A stretch of DNA of 64,000 nucleotides from Amoebidium appalachense. Its lineage: Eukaryota > Protista > Ichthyosporea. The DNA is taken from the NCBI GenBank assembly GCA_963693365.1, contig CAVNZM010000001.1, positions 19,166,125 through 19,230,124 on the forward strand. The letters run 5' to 3'. This document shows positions 37,788-64,000 of this stretch, piece by piece; the stretch's first letter is position 1, and every line of letters begins with the position of its first letter. The notes beneath the pieces are model-generated. The model was not told the origin of the DNA and did no database searches. It saw only the letters and a list, made by a program, of their open reading frames with translations. The position numbers and the translations under genes were made by a program.

Positions 37788-39194
37788 ACGCGCAAGAAAC
37801 ACACACACACGCATGCACACACACACACACACACACACACACACCATAAACACACACACACACACACACATATCATCACGGGCTACACACAACACAAGGT
37901 TAAGCAAACATTGCCTTTAATGGATTTGTCAACATTCGTGTTCGTCTGGGCTGAAATGATAACCGGGTCAAGATCTCGATCAATTGAAGGATGTTGTATC
38001 TACAAATGGGCAGCTAGATCGATTTCTAAATGATTGGGTCTCTGTAAGAATATAATAGTTACCATACTGCCAAAGTTAGTGCATATTAAGGACGAAACTT
38101 GGCTTGTGTAAAGGATCAACTTGAGCAGGCAGTATGTATTATACAACAGTTTGAATGCGCATGTATATGAGATAACGAACGTTTAGATAAACATTAGTTG
38201 TGGGTTGTGTAAACAGGGAGATAACTGCCCAGGGGCCCGGTAAACGTGCATGAATGTTAGAGATTACACTATATGAAAGACTAATGGATTCTGAAAGGGC
38301 GGACATCGAACATCATGATAATAAACTTTTGTGGCTATCTTCGCAGCAGTTCATGAACATTCCCCCTCCTTCCCCTCCCCATGCCTCCCCTCTCCCCCTC
38401 CCCCATGTGCACCCCCCCCCCCCCCCCCCCCCCCCCCCCCACACACACACCCCACACGTGCACCCCACCCCACCATGTGTATGTGCATGTCAGTGTGTGT
38501 GTGTGCATATGTGCATATGCGTGTGCACGCGCCCGCGTGTGTGTGTGTGCGTGTGCGTGCGTGCGTGCGTGTGTACTCTGCAGCGTGACGCGTTCGCATG
38601 GCCGCGCGTGTATCACGTGTGACACGGCCACAGGTTGATGGATCTGCAGATTCTGAAGGGAGCGGGGGGCTTTTTGGAGGCCCGATCGGGGAGTGTGGTG
38701 AAAGGGGGGAGGGCCTGGGGGGAGGGGGGACCCGGTGGGGTGGGGAGTGGGGGGGGGGGGAGGCATAGGATGGGGTGTGGGGTGGTGGGGCCGGAGGGGA
38801 TGGATGGGATCAAACTCAGATTCAGAATCATTGATGATGGATGGATGCATACGCATATTGCAATGTTGGCTTGCGTAACAAGCCTTTGAGTCAGGATCCT
38901 GAGGGTGGTATCACCTTTCATGATGGGTGGATGTATACGTGCCTGGCCATGGCCGCCTGGGCCCATGGTCGCCGCGTGCACATGAAGGACTCTGGTGGGT
39001 GGGTGAGGGGGGGGGGAGGGGGGGGGGGGGGGGGGGGGAGGGGGTTGATCCGGAGGTCTCGAGTAAAATGATCCGATCCGGACCGAATATGATCGAGGGC
39101 CATGTATGGGGATATTGTTTTCTTGGGGAAGGGGAATAAATTAATCATGTTTGCCAGCCGTGTGTGCGTGTGCATGTGTGTGTGTGTGTATGTA

Positions 39195-39234
<40 letters not shown>

Positions 39235-39878
39235 GAGGAGGGGGGGGGGGGGGTGTTTTTGGTTGGATCATATGCGCATGCACCAGCATATGCATGGGAT
39301 ATGGACGGTAATTACAACCTCAGGCTGCAGTACCTGATTATGTGTTGGTGTTTATTTTCAGCAGTTTAAATAGGATAACAGTAGATGAACAAACATAAAA
39401 CAGTGGCCCGCAACTTGAAGCAAAGTTGCTACACCTTCATTCCCTTGCTACTTTGCTAATATTACAGACATTTGGAGGATCTGCATATGATGTTTTGTGT
39501 TGTACATGCTCTGCCCTTACACGCTCTGCCTGTTGTGCAGAGTTATATTTTAAACGCGCACAATTGCGCGTATCCAGTGCAATCGGATCTCGTGTGTGTG
39601 TATGTGCGTGTTTGCCTCGGCGCGCGCGCACGTGTGTGTATGTGTGTGTGTGTGTGTGTGTGTCCATATGCGTCTGTGCGTGTTTATGTGAGGTAGAATT
39701 ACTGTAGGCAAACAACAAATCAAAGCATTTTATCTACCAACCAGACACACGTACACACCACACACACCTAAACAACCACACAGAAAAGAACCCACACACC
39801 AACCCTTAGACACACGCCTTCATTCCATCCCCCCCTCCCCCCTCCCCCCCCCCGCGCCTTCCACCCACCCACCACCCT

Positions 39879-40731
39879 CTAAAAGGGTGATGTCTCCATC
39901 TGCTCCAACTGAGCCGCAAAGTTCTGCATGCCGCCCTCCTTCCCACCCCGACCCCCACCCGCGCTAGAGCCAGTCACAGACGTACTCAGCAACCCCACAC
40001 TCCCCTGCCTGCCGTTAGCCAGCCTACTCTTGTCCTCACCTCTCCCTATTGCTCCTCCAACCCCACCGTTTGTAATTGTACCAGACAACACGGCCACCGT
40101 ACGATCCAACCTCTCCTTTCTGGAAAGCATGAGATCATCCCCCGTAATAGACATGGCCCTTCTCACCGCCGTTTGCATGTTCACGGCTCCACCCCCACCC
40201 ATGGCCAACCCACCCCCAAGTTCCGGCCCCCCTGTGACTAGTGGGCCACTGATGGACACCGACTGCCTAAACGCCCGATTGGGTGAAGGGATGGCCCCGT
40301 AGGCAAACTCCTCCTTGCCATTGGCTGCTCCATACTGTGTAAGCGTGTCCGATTGGTGCATCTTGGGGTGGTGCACACCCTCAAACGAAGTTGCACGGGC
40401 CGCGGGGTGCATCGTCTCCACGCCGTCTTCTGATTGGTCCATTTTTGAGCCATTAGGCGGCGATGTTGCGCCTGCAGGCACATAGAAATGGCCTGCCGGG
40501 GCAAGAGGGGAATCTGGTGGGGTGGCCAGGTTGAGGCTCAGGCTCACGTTTCGGTTTGGAGATACGGGCAGGGGGGAGGGCCCGTCATAGTCCCCTATTG
40601 CGGCAGTGAAGTTGAGGGAGTGCATGGAGTTGGTGCGCTGCTGCTGTGCGGGACTCTCCTCGGTCTCGGCTTGGATCAGGCAGGGTATCAGCCGCGAGAG
40701 CAGCCGTTGGATGTCCCGCTCGTATCTGTGA

Positions 40732-40821
<90 letters not shown>

Positions 40822-41069
40822 ATGTGTTGAGGTGAGTGGGTAAGCATAATGTGCCGTTTGGGCAAGTAGAGGTAGTGGGGGAGGGGACAGGGTTGGGGAG
40901 GAGGGCGGAGGGATGCAGATGTGTGTGTGTGTGTGTGTGTTGGGGGGGGGGGGGGGGGGGGGGGGGGGAGGGCACTTTTAATAGGGTGTGATATTGTTGC
41001 TGCTACATGTGTGCGTGTGTGTGTGCGTGTGTGTGCGTGTGGTTATGTGTGTGGGTCTGGGTGTGTGTA

Positions 41070-41111
<42 letters not shown>

Positions 41112-42799
41112 GTGTTTTTGTGTGTGTGTGTCTAATATAAGTCTGCGTGTATGTGTGCTGTTTGGGATGCAGGGGGAGGGGTGCGGAGAGGGGAGGGGGT
41201 TGGGGGGGGGGAGGGGGTTGGAGTAGACAATACAGAATTCATTTCACAGGGCATAATAAAACCACAACCCACGAACATAACAAAAGGGGAACATGTCCAG
41301 CAAACAAGAGAAAAGAGGAACGAAGTGGGGTGGTGAGCTGAGGGCGGATTGTGTTGCAGCTGCTTGTGATGTATGAGTTTTGACAAGGCAAAGCAGAAGG
41401 GAGAAAACCCCCGGGAGGGAGGGAGGGGAGGGGGGGGGGGGGAGCGGGCAGAATGCATTACAGAGTACGAAGTACACACTAACGATGGACAACACCATGC
41501 AGACTTCTGCCAAAAAGTGCACACAATGAAGTGTGCATTTGAGGTTGAGGCCAGTCTTTGGGGGGGCCAGAAAGAGAAAAGGGGGTTTAAATGTGGTAAA
41601 ATATACGTACACATTCACGACGGGCATCACAATACAGATTGAAGAGCACACTTAGGGAGGAGAAAGGGATGTTGAGTTCAGCCCCTTCAAAACTGTGTGC
41701 ATGCAAGCGGCCAGGCATGCAAGCATGACACACACCTGTCGTTGTTGTTGCACCCCTGCAGCACCAGCAACATCTGGGTGATGCGTGGTGGCAGGAACAT
41801 GGCCGACCCCCCAAGGAACCCCGGCTTGTTCTTGCTGCTCTCCCCATCATCCCCGGCCCCTGCCGAATTTCTGGACAAAACATCATCCAGTTGTTGTTTG
41901 ATTGCGCTGCTAAGCACAACGTGGTCGCGGAACGCTGTGAGTGTAATCTTGCGGATGCACGGGAAAATCACACCGTTTGAGACACCAAACATGCTGAGAA
42001 GCAATGTTAGGGTCTCTGTGTAGAATGTGCCCCATATCTCAGCCAGGGACCGAATAAACTCGTCGCTTTCCAAATCGCGCAGTCCCTCTCTCAGAATAAT
42101 CATGCCCTTGCATATAATGAGCGTGTACATGTCCACAATGGCCCGTGCCGTGTAGTTTCTCTCCACGCGGGCCACACACATGTGGAGTGACTCTATTCTG
42201 ACGTGCTGGAACTGTTGTGGCTTCTGGAAGACCCCTAGGACCATCTTCTGCAAGGTCAGCCAGTCCTCATCACGTGCCAGCCCACCCATACCCCCGCCAG
42301 TTACAAGTGTGGTGGTGCTCACACTTCCCTCGGCGTGTGCTGCAAGGGTCGAGGGCAACACCACCGTGCTGGGCCTGCTAGACGGGCCGCTCATGGACAT
42401 GCGGGAAAACGAACCGGGCCGGACCGACTTCCGGGTCGAGAGTGAGGGTGACCGTGCACCCCGACCTTGGATCTCCCTGGCGCTGGCAGCAGGACTACCG
42501 CTAGTGCTTGGACCTTGGCTCAAGGAGCCACTGCCCCAGTTTACACCATCCTCACTGCTGGCGGGATAGTTGCCGTAGAGAATGGTAGATGCACTGCTGC
42601 TGCCTGGAAACGCAGGCTGGCTGGACGTGGCAAGGGTGGCCCGTGTAAGCTCTGGATTCGACTCGGTAATAAGTTGGCCCGTCCCGCTGCTCCCCCCGCT
42701 CAGCCATGATTTAGACTCGCGCCGGCTGGGACCCTTGTCCGAGTCGCTGCTGTTATTGTTGCTGCTCTTGCCGAGCAGCCCAAACGACCGGTTGAGCAT
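39879..42799 (-). CDS. PRR5: PRR5/Protor-like HbrB-domain protein (TORC2 accessory subunit), ~636 aa, 2 coding exons
   Basis: Exons 42799-41736 and 40725-39879 (an acceptor at 42882 suggests an upstream exon). Motifs WLTLQKMVLGVFQ, KGMIILRE, SLAEIWGTFYTETL, IRKITLTAFRDHVVL and PPRITQMLLVLQG match PRR5/Bit61 (KGMVILRD, SLAETW.FF, PP.IVQMLLVLQG). Confidence 0.88.
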
Positions 42800-45538
42800 C
42801 TTGCTGCTTGCTGCTTCTCCAGAAGAAAAAACAAGTGCTTGGAGCTTGACGTTTGGCGCTGCTAAAGGCGAAAATTGCAACCTGCAAAAGAGGCGAAAGC
42901 GAAACGCATTATTAAAAACAGAAAGACCCTTGGAGGATGTGGGTAGGGGGCCAGATATGGGCTTAAAACGACCATATGTTGCTGGGTAAAAGAATTGACA
43001 TCTCCCCAGGAAGGTTCGATTGTAGGTAATCTAAGATGCCTTCCTTTTCTCACTATCCCTACCCCCCCTCCCCCCTCTCCCCCCTCCCCACCCCCCACCC
43101 CTCCTTTTCCCCTCTACCCCATCTTTCCCCTCCTTCCCCTTGTGTTCCTTCTTTCTCACATCTTCCTCCCTCCCCTCCGAACAACCACCACAACTCATCC
43201 ACTAGCACAGTGTCCCCTTTTTGGTACCCTTCCTCCATTCCAGCTCCTTCATCCCTGTTTAAAACTCAAATAGTTTGTGTCAAGAGAATCTTGCTAACTC
43301 CTGCCTTCGACCCAACTATCGCCTTTGACTCACAACAAAACGAGATCCTTGTAGGTTATCCACAAATTCTGTTACCTAGAGGGAACACACCACAAGGGCG
43401 TGTAACAACTAACAACCGATCGGGTAGCGAGGGACACTTACATGGCACATGCGACAAAGGAAGGCAAGCTTTTTAGGATAAATAACACATCAAGCGGTCA
43501 CAGACGTTCGCGGGAGTGTGTTGGGAATAATAGTAATTATCTACAGACCAAAAAGGGGACCCAAAAACCCTCCTCCCTCCCCGTTAACTTTAACCCCCAC
43601 CCCACTCCCTCATTATCAAGCAGCCAAAACTTCACCAAGAGAGCACAGATCGTGCCGGTGCATGATGCGAGAGGGTGTTATAACGCCGGCCATGCACGCT
43701 CCAGTAAAACAATAGTCAGCGCAGAAAAGAAGGGGGGATACGGACCAACCATGAGTGTTAATCATGTGAGTAATTTCTGTATTGATTAGACCAAAAACTT
43801 CAGCAGAAAGCCGGCCTTCTTTGTGTTAAAAGAAACAATGGAGTCGCATGTGCTCACCAGAGAGCAACCTTTCCAATAAAACTTTAAATCTTTATTTCAA
43901 AGCATTACGTCTACTGAAACTTAACCATTTCCATATTATGGCTCGCTGCATGAGGATTAGTGAGTGTAGATCACAAGCTCACCTTTTCACGCAAAGACGT
44001 TTCCCAAAAACGAAGAGGGCACGGCCTTCACTCACCAGACCCAAAATTGTCAAAGGGTGCACGTGGATTCAGACCACAACATATCACAAAACAACAAACG
44101 TCCTTTCTTGATTGAATCCGACCATCTAAAATATGGAAAGCGATCTCTCTTCTTTGAATGTGTTTTGCCTACTGAGAACACGATAGCCAAACGTGGAATA
44201 AGTGTGGGCAACTACCAAACTGAGGCTCTTTCTAGTCTCATCATGTCTTACTGGTTGTGTTTAGCAGCGTGCATACATCTTTACTGAAACAGGAGGTAGC
44301 GGAGCTACTCCGGGTCATGACTACTAGGATGTAGTTTCATGTTTCTGTTCTGTTCTGTGTCTGGAAGAGAGCCTTGGCACTGCGCATGCACGAAATGCCT
44401 GTGGCGGGGATCATGTTTATAAGTAACCAATCAAAAGACGATCATATTCTATTTGTAGAATTTTGTCGTTTCATCGGTATTCGAATCGGACAGAGATCCT
44501 TTTTCTTTAATTAATAATGAGATAAACACGGGTCGTAGGTGTGTCCACTAATTACTGAAGATCATAACTTGTCCAGTATATTTCTGGTTTTAACGGGGGA
44601 AAAAAAGGTTATAATGCGTATACTAATTTATCAACATGCCTCGCACATATAGTTTTGCCGTGACCGTGCAATTGTCACAGCATTAAAGAAATTGATATGT
44701 AAACGAATCTTGCCAGGAAAAGCGGGTCTCTGCGCGCATGCAGAAGTTACGGCCGACTCGGTCAGGAGCTGACCCGAAATCAAAACCCCTTCATGAACGT
44801 GCAGTATGACGTTGTTTTTTGCTCCAAAAAGCTCCACACAATCGGAAACATGTGCTATGACATGGTTCATATATCAATGCACAACCTGCCCATCAATCGA
44901 ATTTGAACCTGGGGTGTGTAAATGGCGATCCTATTTTTTGCCGGCACAGTGACTGTGCAGAGAACAGCCCGTGGCCCGATTCGGTTATGATGGATTCCCA
45001 CACATTCCAACAAATGCGTAGGCCGCAGCTGCAAGCCTTAGCCTGGCACGTACTGACGGTGCCTGGGCTGCTATGAACTTGCCGTTCGCCTCACACCCTC
45101 CATTTTTCCTTACACTCTCGCGACCGCGTGCATGCTTTCTCTCGCGGCGGCTCTACGGTCCCGAGAGTCCAGTGTTCGCTGTGTGTGTAAGGAAAAATAC
45201 GAGTCACCTCAGTAGGTGACAGAGCCTTAGCCTGTGTCTCTCTGGAAGCTGCCGTCTGCATGCATAGGCACTGTTTGGGAAAACGTAAAAAGAAAAGAAA
45301 GGCCCCGAAGGTGTCACTGCGGCACACTGTTGTGCACCTCTTCTCAACACGAGCCAATGATAGGGGCAAAATCTTTCGCCGAATTTAGTAGCGCGATATC
45401 TACCCATTTGGCGCAGTGTTAGGACAATAGAAAGCGCCTCATGCAGCGAACGAGTTCTCGCTCTTGTCCAACTGAGTTGAGGTTTGGGTCACTAGAGGAA
45501 TGCGTTGCCTGAGCTTATTGTAGAGCTTAGTGTCAAAA

Positions 45539-46300
45539 ATGACGTACAGAGGAGCGTGCCGAGGTATGCCGCGGGCGGCCCTTTCCCTCTGCCTCTTATT
45601 CTTGCTTGCTGCAAGGACTATAACGGTGGAGAACAGCACCGACAGTCACAGTCTGATGCCTGGCTTGCCACCACCGTCGACTTCTGAGCTCGACCCAGGC
45701 AAGACAACCACCACATGTGATGACCAGAGCTACCTAAGCCTTTGGCAGCAAACAGCAAACAAGTTTACCAAACAGGTCAAGCGATACGCCGACGGGCTGA
45801 ACTTTGGAGTGATGTCTTTGAAAATTCAAGCAGCATACGCGACACAAAATGCACAAGGCACCGAATCTGCAGGAGCAAGTTCTTTGCAAGATGAAACGTG
45901 CACGAAGACGTGCACTCCTTTGCAGAAGAGACATATGCTTGACGCATCAAGGAGCACAAAAGAGATGTTCACGGTATGGTCAAGTTCGCACGAGAGTTGG
46001 TCCAAGGCCCCGATATACGTGGAAGGTTTCCCGTCCTTGTATGCCCTGGTGCATGTGGCGTTTCGAGATCGCTTGGATTCTATGAAGCGGGACGTTCAGA
46101 AAATCGAAAGACAGTGTAAATGGAAGAGGGAAAAGAGTCTGGCAATTATCTTTAAGGCAAGGGAGTCCCTCGAAAGCTACCAACATGAAGTCGAAGAATA
46201 TTATCGAAGGTGTTTCGAGAGGGTACAAACGGAAATAGACCGGCTTGACGAGTATGTGCTGACTAACTGTGACTGCAATATGTACAAGGAGGCTAGTTGA
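45539..46300 (+). CDS. Hypothetical single-exon secreted or membrane-anchored helical protein (253 aa; alternative start 45566)
   Basis: Uninterrupted high-complexity ORF with an N-terminal hydrophobic segment (AALSLCLLFLLAA), a charged amphipathic C-terminal half and several Cys. No family recognised. Confidence 0.65.
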   Translation: MTYRGACRGMPRAALSLCLLFLLAARTITVENSTDSHSLMPGLPPPSTSELDPGKTTTTCDDQSYLSLWQQTANKFTKQVKRYADGLNFGVMSLKIQAAYATQNAQGTESAGASSLQDETCTKTCTPLQKRHMLDASRSTKEMFTVWSSSHESWSKAPIYVEGFPSLYALVHVAFRDRLDSMKRDVQKIERQCKWKREKSLAIIFKARESLESYQHEVEEYYRRCFERVQTEIDRLDEYVLTNCDCNMYKEAS

Positions 46301-47669
46301 ACATTGAGATTTACATGTTTTGGCATGTAGAAGAACCTGTGTAGTGTGTAAATTTCACCAACTGTAATTGATTCCTCTAGGCCGTGAATGTTAACAACCT
46401 CAGTAAGGTAGAAATGATTTTTTACAAATTAAATTTTCCAACTTCTGTAAATTTGGAGGGAAGGTACCGATACCTTTATCTAAACCGGTATGAATGGGGT
46501 TTATAAGACATAACTGGAGTGCAAAAGATGAGCATCACAAGTAAATGTGATGGTTTGCATTTTTTTGGGGGAGTGAGTGAGTGTATGCTTGTTACTTAAT
46601 GCCATATTTGCATATGACGTACATACGAGGGCCTGCAATTGTGACACGATCATGAATGTGTGTAGGGCGCGTAGCCCAGGAATCCTATAGCGCCAGTGCC
46701 CCAAAGTTCCACTTTCTCATGGGCCAATAATTGGAGGGGATGCTGAAGGCAGAAGACCCACGTGAGTAATAGATACAACCCTTATTGATATCCACAGATG
46801 TGTGAGCTTCTCTCTAACACTGGTAGCCCAGATAGAGAGCTGAGGAAGATCTGCGGCAGTACCTACTGCCGGTGGGGTGTTTTTCAAACATCCGACAAAA
46901 AAATCGAACCCGGGGAAGGGAGAAGTGGAAGAGGAGACTGGGGTTGGTGGTGGTGGTGGTGGTTGGGAGCTCGGGGTGAGGGGTGGGGTGGGGTTGTGTG
47001 GGGGCGGGGGAGGTGGTGGTGTTTGAGGGAGGAAAGGAGGGGAGTACTGTAGTGGTGGTGGTGTTACTTTTTCTCAGCCTTTCTGAAAGGGGGGAGGTGG
47101 GAAGGGAGAGAGGGGGGGGGGGGGGGGGGGGGAGGGGGGGAGGAGAGGGGGTTAGAGGCGTGAAGCTATAGTGAAGGTTCCAGGGTGCGAAGTGCATACA
47201 TAATGGCACAAAGGACAACGTAAACTTTATTGAACTTGCTGTGGCTGTATGTATACTTGGAAGTCATTCTTGCTATTCTTAACCCACGCGAGTAAACTTC
47301 AAAGAGCCCAACCTGAGGGGGGAGCCTGTCATGGCATTGTTTTGAAGTATTGACCTATATTCCTTGTCAAATGTGGCCCGGAGGCCCACTCAGGGAGAGG
47401 AGCAGAAGAGGGGCGGGGGGGGGGGGGGGGGGGGGGGGGAGGGACTGTTTTTTTTTTTTTTTTTTTTTTTGTGGGGGGGGGGGGGGGGGGGGAAGGGGAA
47501 AGGAGAGGGGGGGGGGGGGGGGGATGCATGCAATTCCCACTTGCACGTATGCAGGCACTGCAGGCACGTGCGGGCTCACCACACCGTGACGCACACGCAA
47601 AGAGGCCTCGACAGAAGGACCAGGGGAGAAGGAGATGGTGGGTGTGGTGGTGGTGGTGGGGGGGGGGAG

Positions 47670-47717
47670 TGGGAGATAGAGAGAGAGAGAGAGGGAGGAG
47701 GTGAGAGAGAGAGAGAA

Positions 47718-47762
<45 letters not shown>

Positions 47763-47763
47763 G

Positions 47764-47808
<45 letters not shown>

Positions 47809-47841
47809 GGCCTCGAGGAGAGAAAGAGAGAGAGAGAGAGA

Positions 47842-47876
<35 letters not shown>

Positions 47877-48085
47877 TGTGTGTGTGTGTGTGAGTGAGAG
47901 AGAGGGAGAGGGAGGGAGGGAGGGAGGGGGAGGGGGGGAGAGAGAGAGAGAGAGAGAAGGGGAGAGAGAGAGAGGGGGAGGGAGGGAGGGAGGGAGGGAG
48001 AGAGCGAGAGCGAGAGCGAGAGAGAGAGAGAGAGAGAGAGAGAGTGTGTGTGTGTGTGTGTGTGCGTGTGTGTGTGAGCGAGAGG
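47670..48085. repeat. (GA)n/(GT)n block
   Basis: Directly visible. Confidence 0.95.
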
Positions 48086-49607
48086 GGGCGGTTAGGGGGG
48101 AAGAGAGAGGCTGGAGGAGGGGAGGAAGAGAGAGATGCAGGAGAGAGCGAGAGAGGGAGAGATCTCTAGAGGATAGGCCACCGAAATTATATCAAGCTCG
48201 GGCATTCACTATAGAGAAGTGATACAAACAGGAGAAAGAGCAACAAAGAATCGTAGGGACGAAAAATGAGCCTCCCGGAAACGTATACGTATGTGTGTTC
48301 TTGTCTGTCGAGAAAACACAGTGACTGGTGGTTTCAGACGCGGAGCTTCATATTTACAAAAAGATAGTAGAAACATGGGGAGAAGAAAGTGAGCAGAAAG
48401 TAGGTGCGCGCTTCTATGTCATGAGGTCCCCCTCGGCCCCCGACGTGAGGCTCACGGTCCCACTCCCCCGGGGAAAAGCGCGCGGCTGCTGTACATTGCC
48501 ACGGTTATGAAATCCTCCCTCGCGGACATCAGCCTCTTGGAGGGAAGGCTTTAGATTGGCCATTCGGATTTATTTAGGCTTTAGTTACCCAAAGGACCGC
48601 TCTAATCCAATTATACGGTGAATTTGTCATGCACTTGATATGGCGAATTATAGAAAAGGCACGCATTTTGGAATGGCTTGCTGTTCCCGCCACGAACTTC
48701 TGCTGCGAACGGACACACTGGCATTGATAGGTCGGCCTTTCAGCCCGAGCACGCAAAAGCTTTCCGTTCTTGGCTACACTGACACGAAACCAAAAGAGAA
48801 GGAAGAAAAAGATTTTATATCGTGGTTAGCTTTATACATTATCTAGTCAAGAAAATAGAAGCTGAGCGAGCTTCTGTGTGTTTCCAGCAGGATAGCAAGG
48901 AAAGAGCAGCCGAACAAGAGCACAATTTCCTCTTTTCGTTCTCAGCACATGCGTAGCAGCCAACCAGTAAGGAGTTGTTTCTTATAGAGTTTTTCATATA
49001 AAGCCTCAGTGTCAACTTGCTGTGGAAGTCATAGAGCACAGAGCGCCTTAGTAACAACTAAGTTTTTCTACCGTACAAAACATCCCAAGTCGGACATCAC
49101 CACAAACAAAAAAGGAGTTAACGAAAACCCCTACCCGCTCTTAGAAGGGTATAAACGCTAGGTTTTATAATCGCAGATCACAAAAAAAGCGCGGAGATTA
49201 TACTTGGGAAACGTTGAGAAAAGCTGACAACAGGCATCTGTGGACCTTGGGTTTCTTTCTACATAGCCGAAACACTCTTACCCTGTGCCAAAACGAGTAC
49301 TCTATGTGACCGATTCAGCACCGGGCTGACGACAACTTTGGGGTTTGAATCCTCTGCACTCGGATAACGCTGATGGTAGGTCGTTTTGTGTCCATTACAA
49401 AACGTCAGCCTTTTTGTTGTATAGAGAGAAAACATTTTGGTGGTCGACTTCATTCCTTTTTGTGCATCTAAAGAGCAACCCCGTGATTAATACTGAGAGT
49501 TAGATGAACAGAAAATACGGCAACGTATAGGAGTTGAGCTTCTGTTGCTGCTTAGGCCGTTGGCTGACTCAAAGCACCAACAGGTGACCTACTTGCAGCC
49601 TTGAGAA

Positions 49608-63723
<14,116 letters not shown>

Positions 63724-63917
63724 AAGGACTGCAGACAATTAATGTGGGTGAGATTCAGGTTCTGAATTGGTGGTATCCAGATCCATTCATGGTGAAGGGG
63801 TTGTGCCATAGAGGTGAGAGACGGAAGGTGCATCAGAGAGTTGTGTATGCCGGCGCCAGGCTCAGGCGCCAAACCAAAGAGCACGTTGCATAATGGATTT
63901 ACCACGTCTGGGTCTTG

Positions 63918-63963
<46 letters not shown>

Positions 63964-64000
63964 GTACATGGTACCCCCCTGCATGTGCATGTGCAGACAG

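Noticed and set aside
45373-45414. E2F-like sites (TTTCGCCG, TTTGGCGC)
   Set aside because: Short motifs expected by chance and not at the RB promoter.

Overview
Eukaryotic, intron-rich DNA saturated with G/C homopolymers and (CA/GT)n, (GA/CT)n microsatellites; most ORFs in the supplied track are low-complexity artefacts. Manual splice-site reading recovers seven genes: the 3' end of a type II phosphatidylinositol 4-kinase, an intronless secreted Cys-module/Thr-Pro mucin-like protein, a secreted ricin-B/TSP1/ricin-B protein, an RGS-domain protein, a PRR5/Protor (HbrB-domain) TORC2 subunit, an orphan single-exon secreted protein and a 17-exon retinoblastoma-family pocket protein. The gene content suggests a unicellular holozoan such as an ichthyosporean (inference only). 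The notable region is a microsatellite-poor mobile-element nest at about 7.5-13.6 kb. It contains a decayed Plavaka/CACTA-like transposase, a 5'-truncated non-LTR retrotransposon with an 11-bp TSD and a C-tailed duplicated 3' end, a solo LTR with a 5-bp TSD inserted into that retrotransposon's ORF, and a Replitron-type Y1 HUH endonuclease pseudogene. Elsewhere are two TTAA (piggyBac-type) MITEs, a 40-bp spacerless palindrome and a palindromic-motif array. Family assignments rest on recalled consensus motifs, not on database searches.
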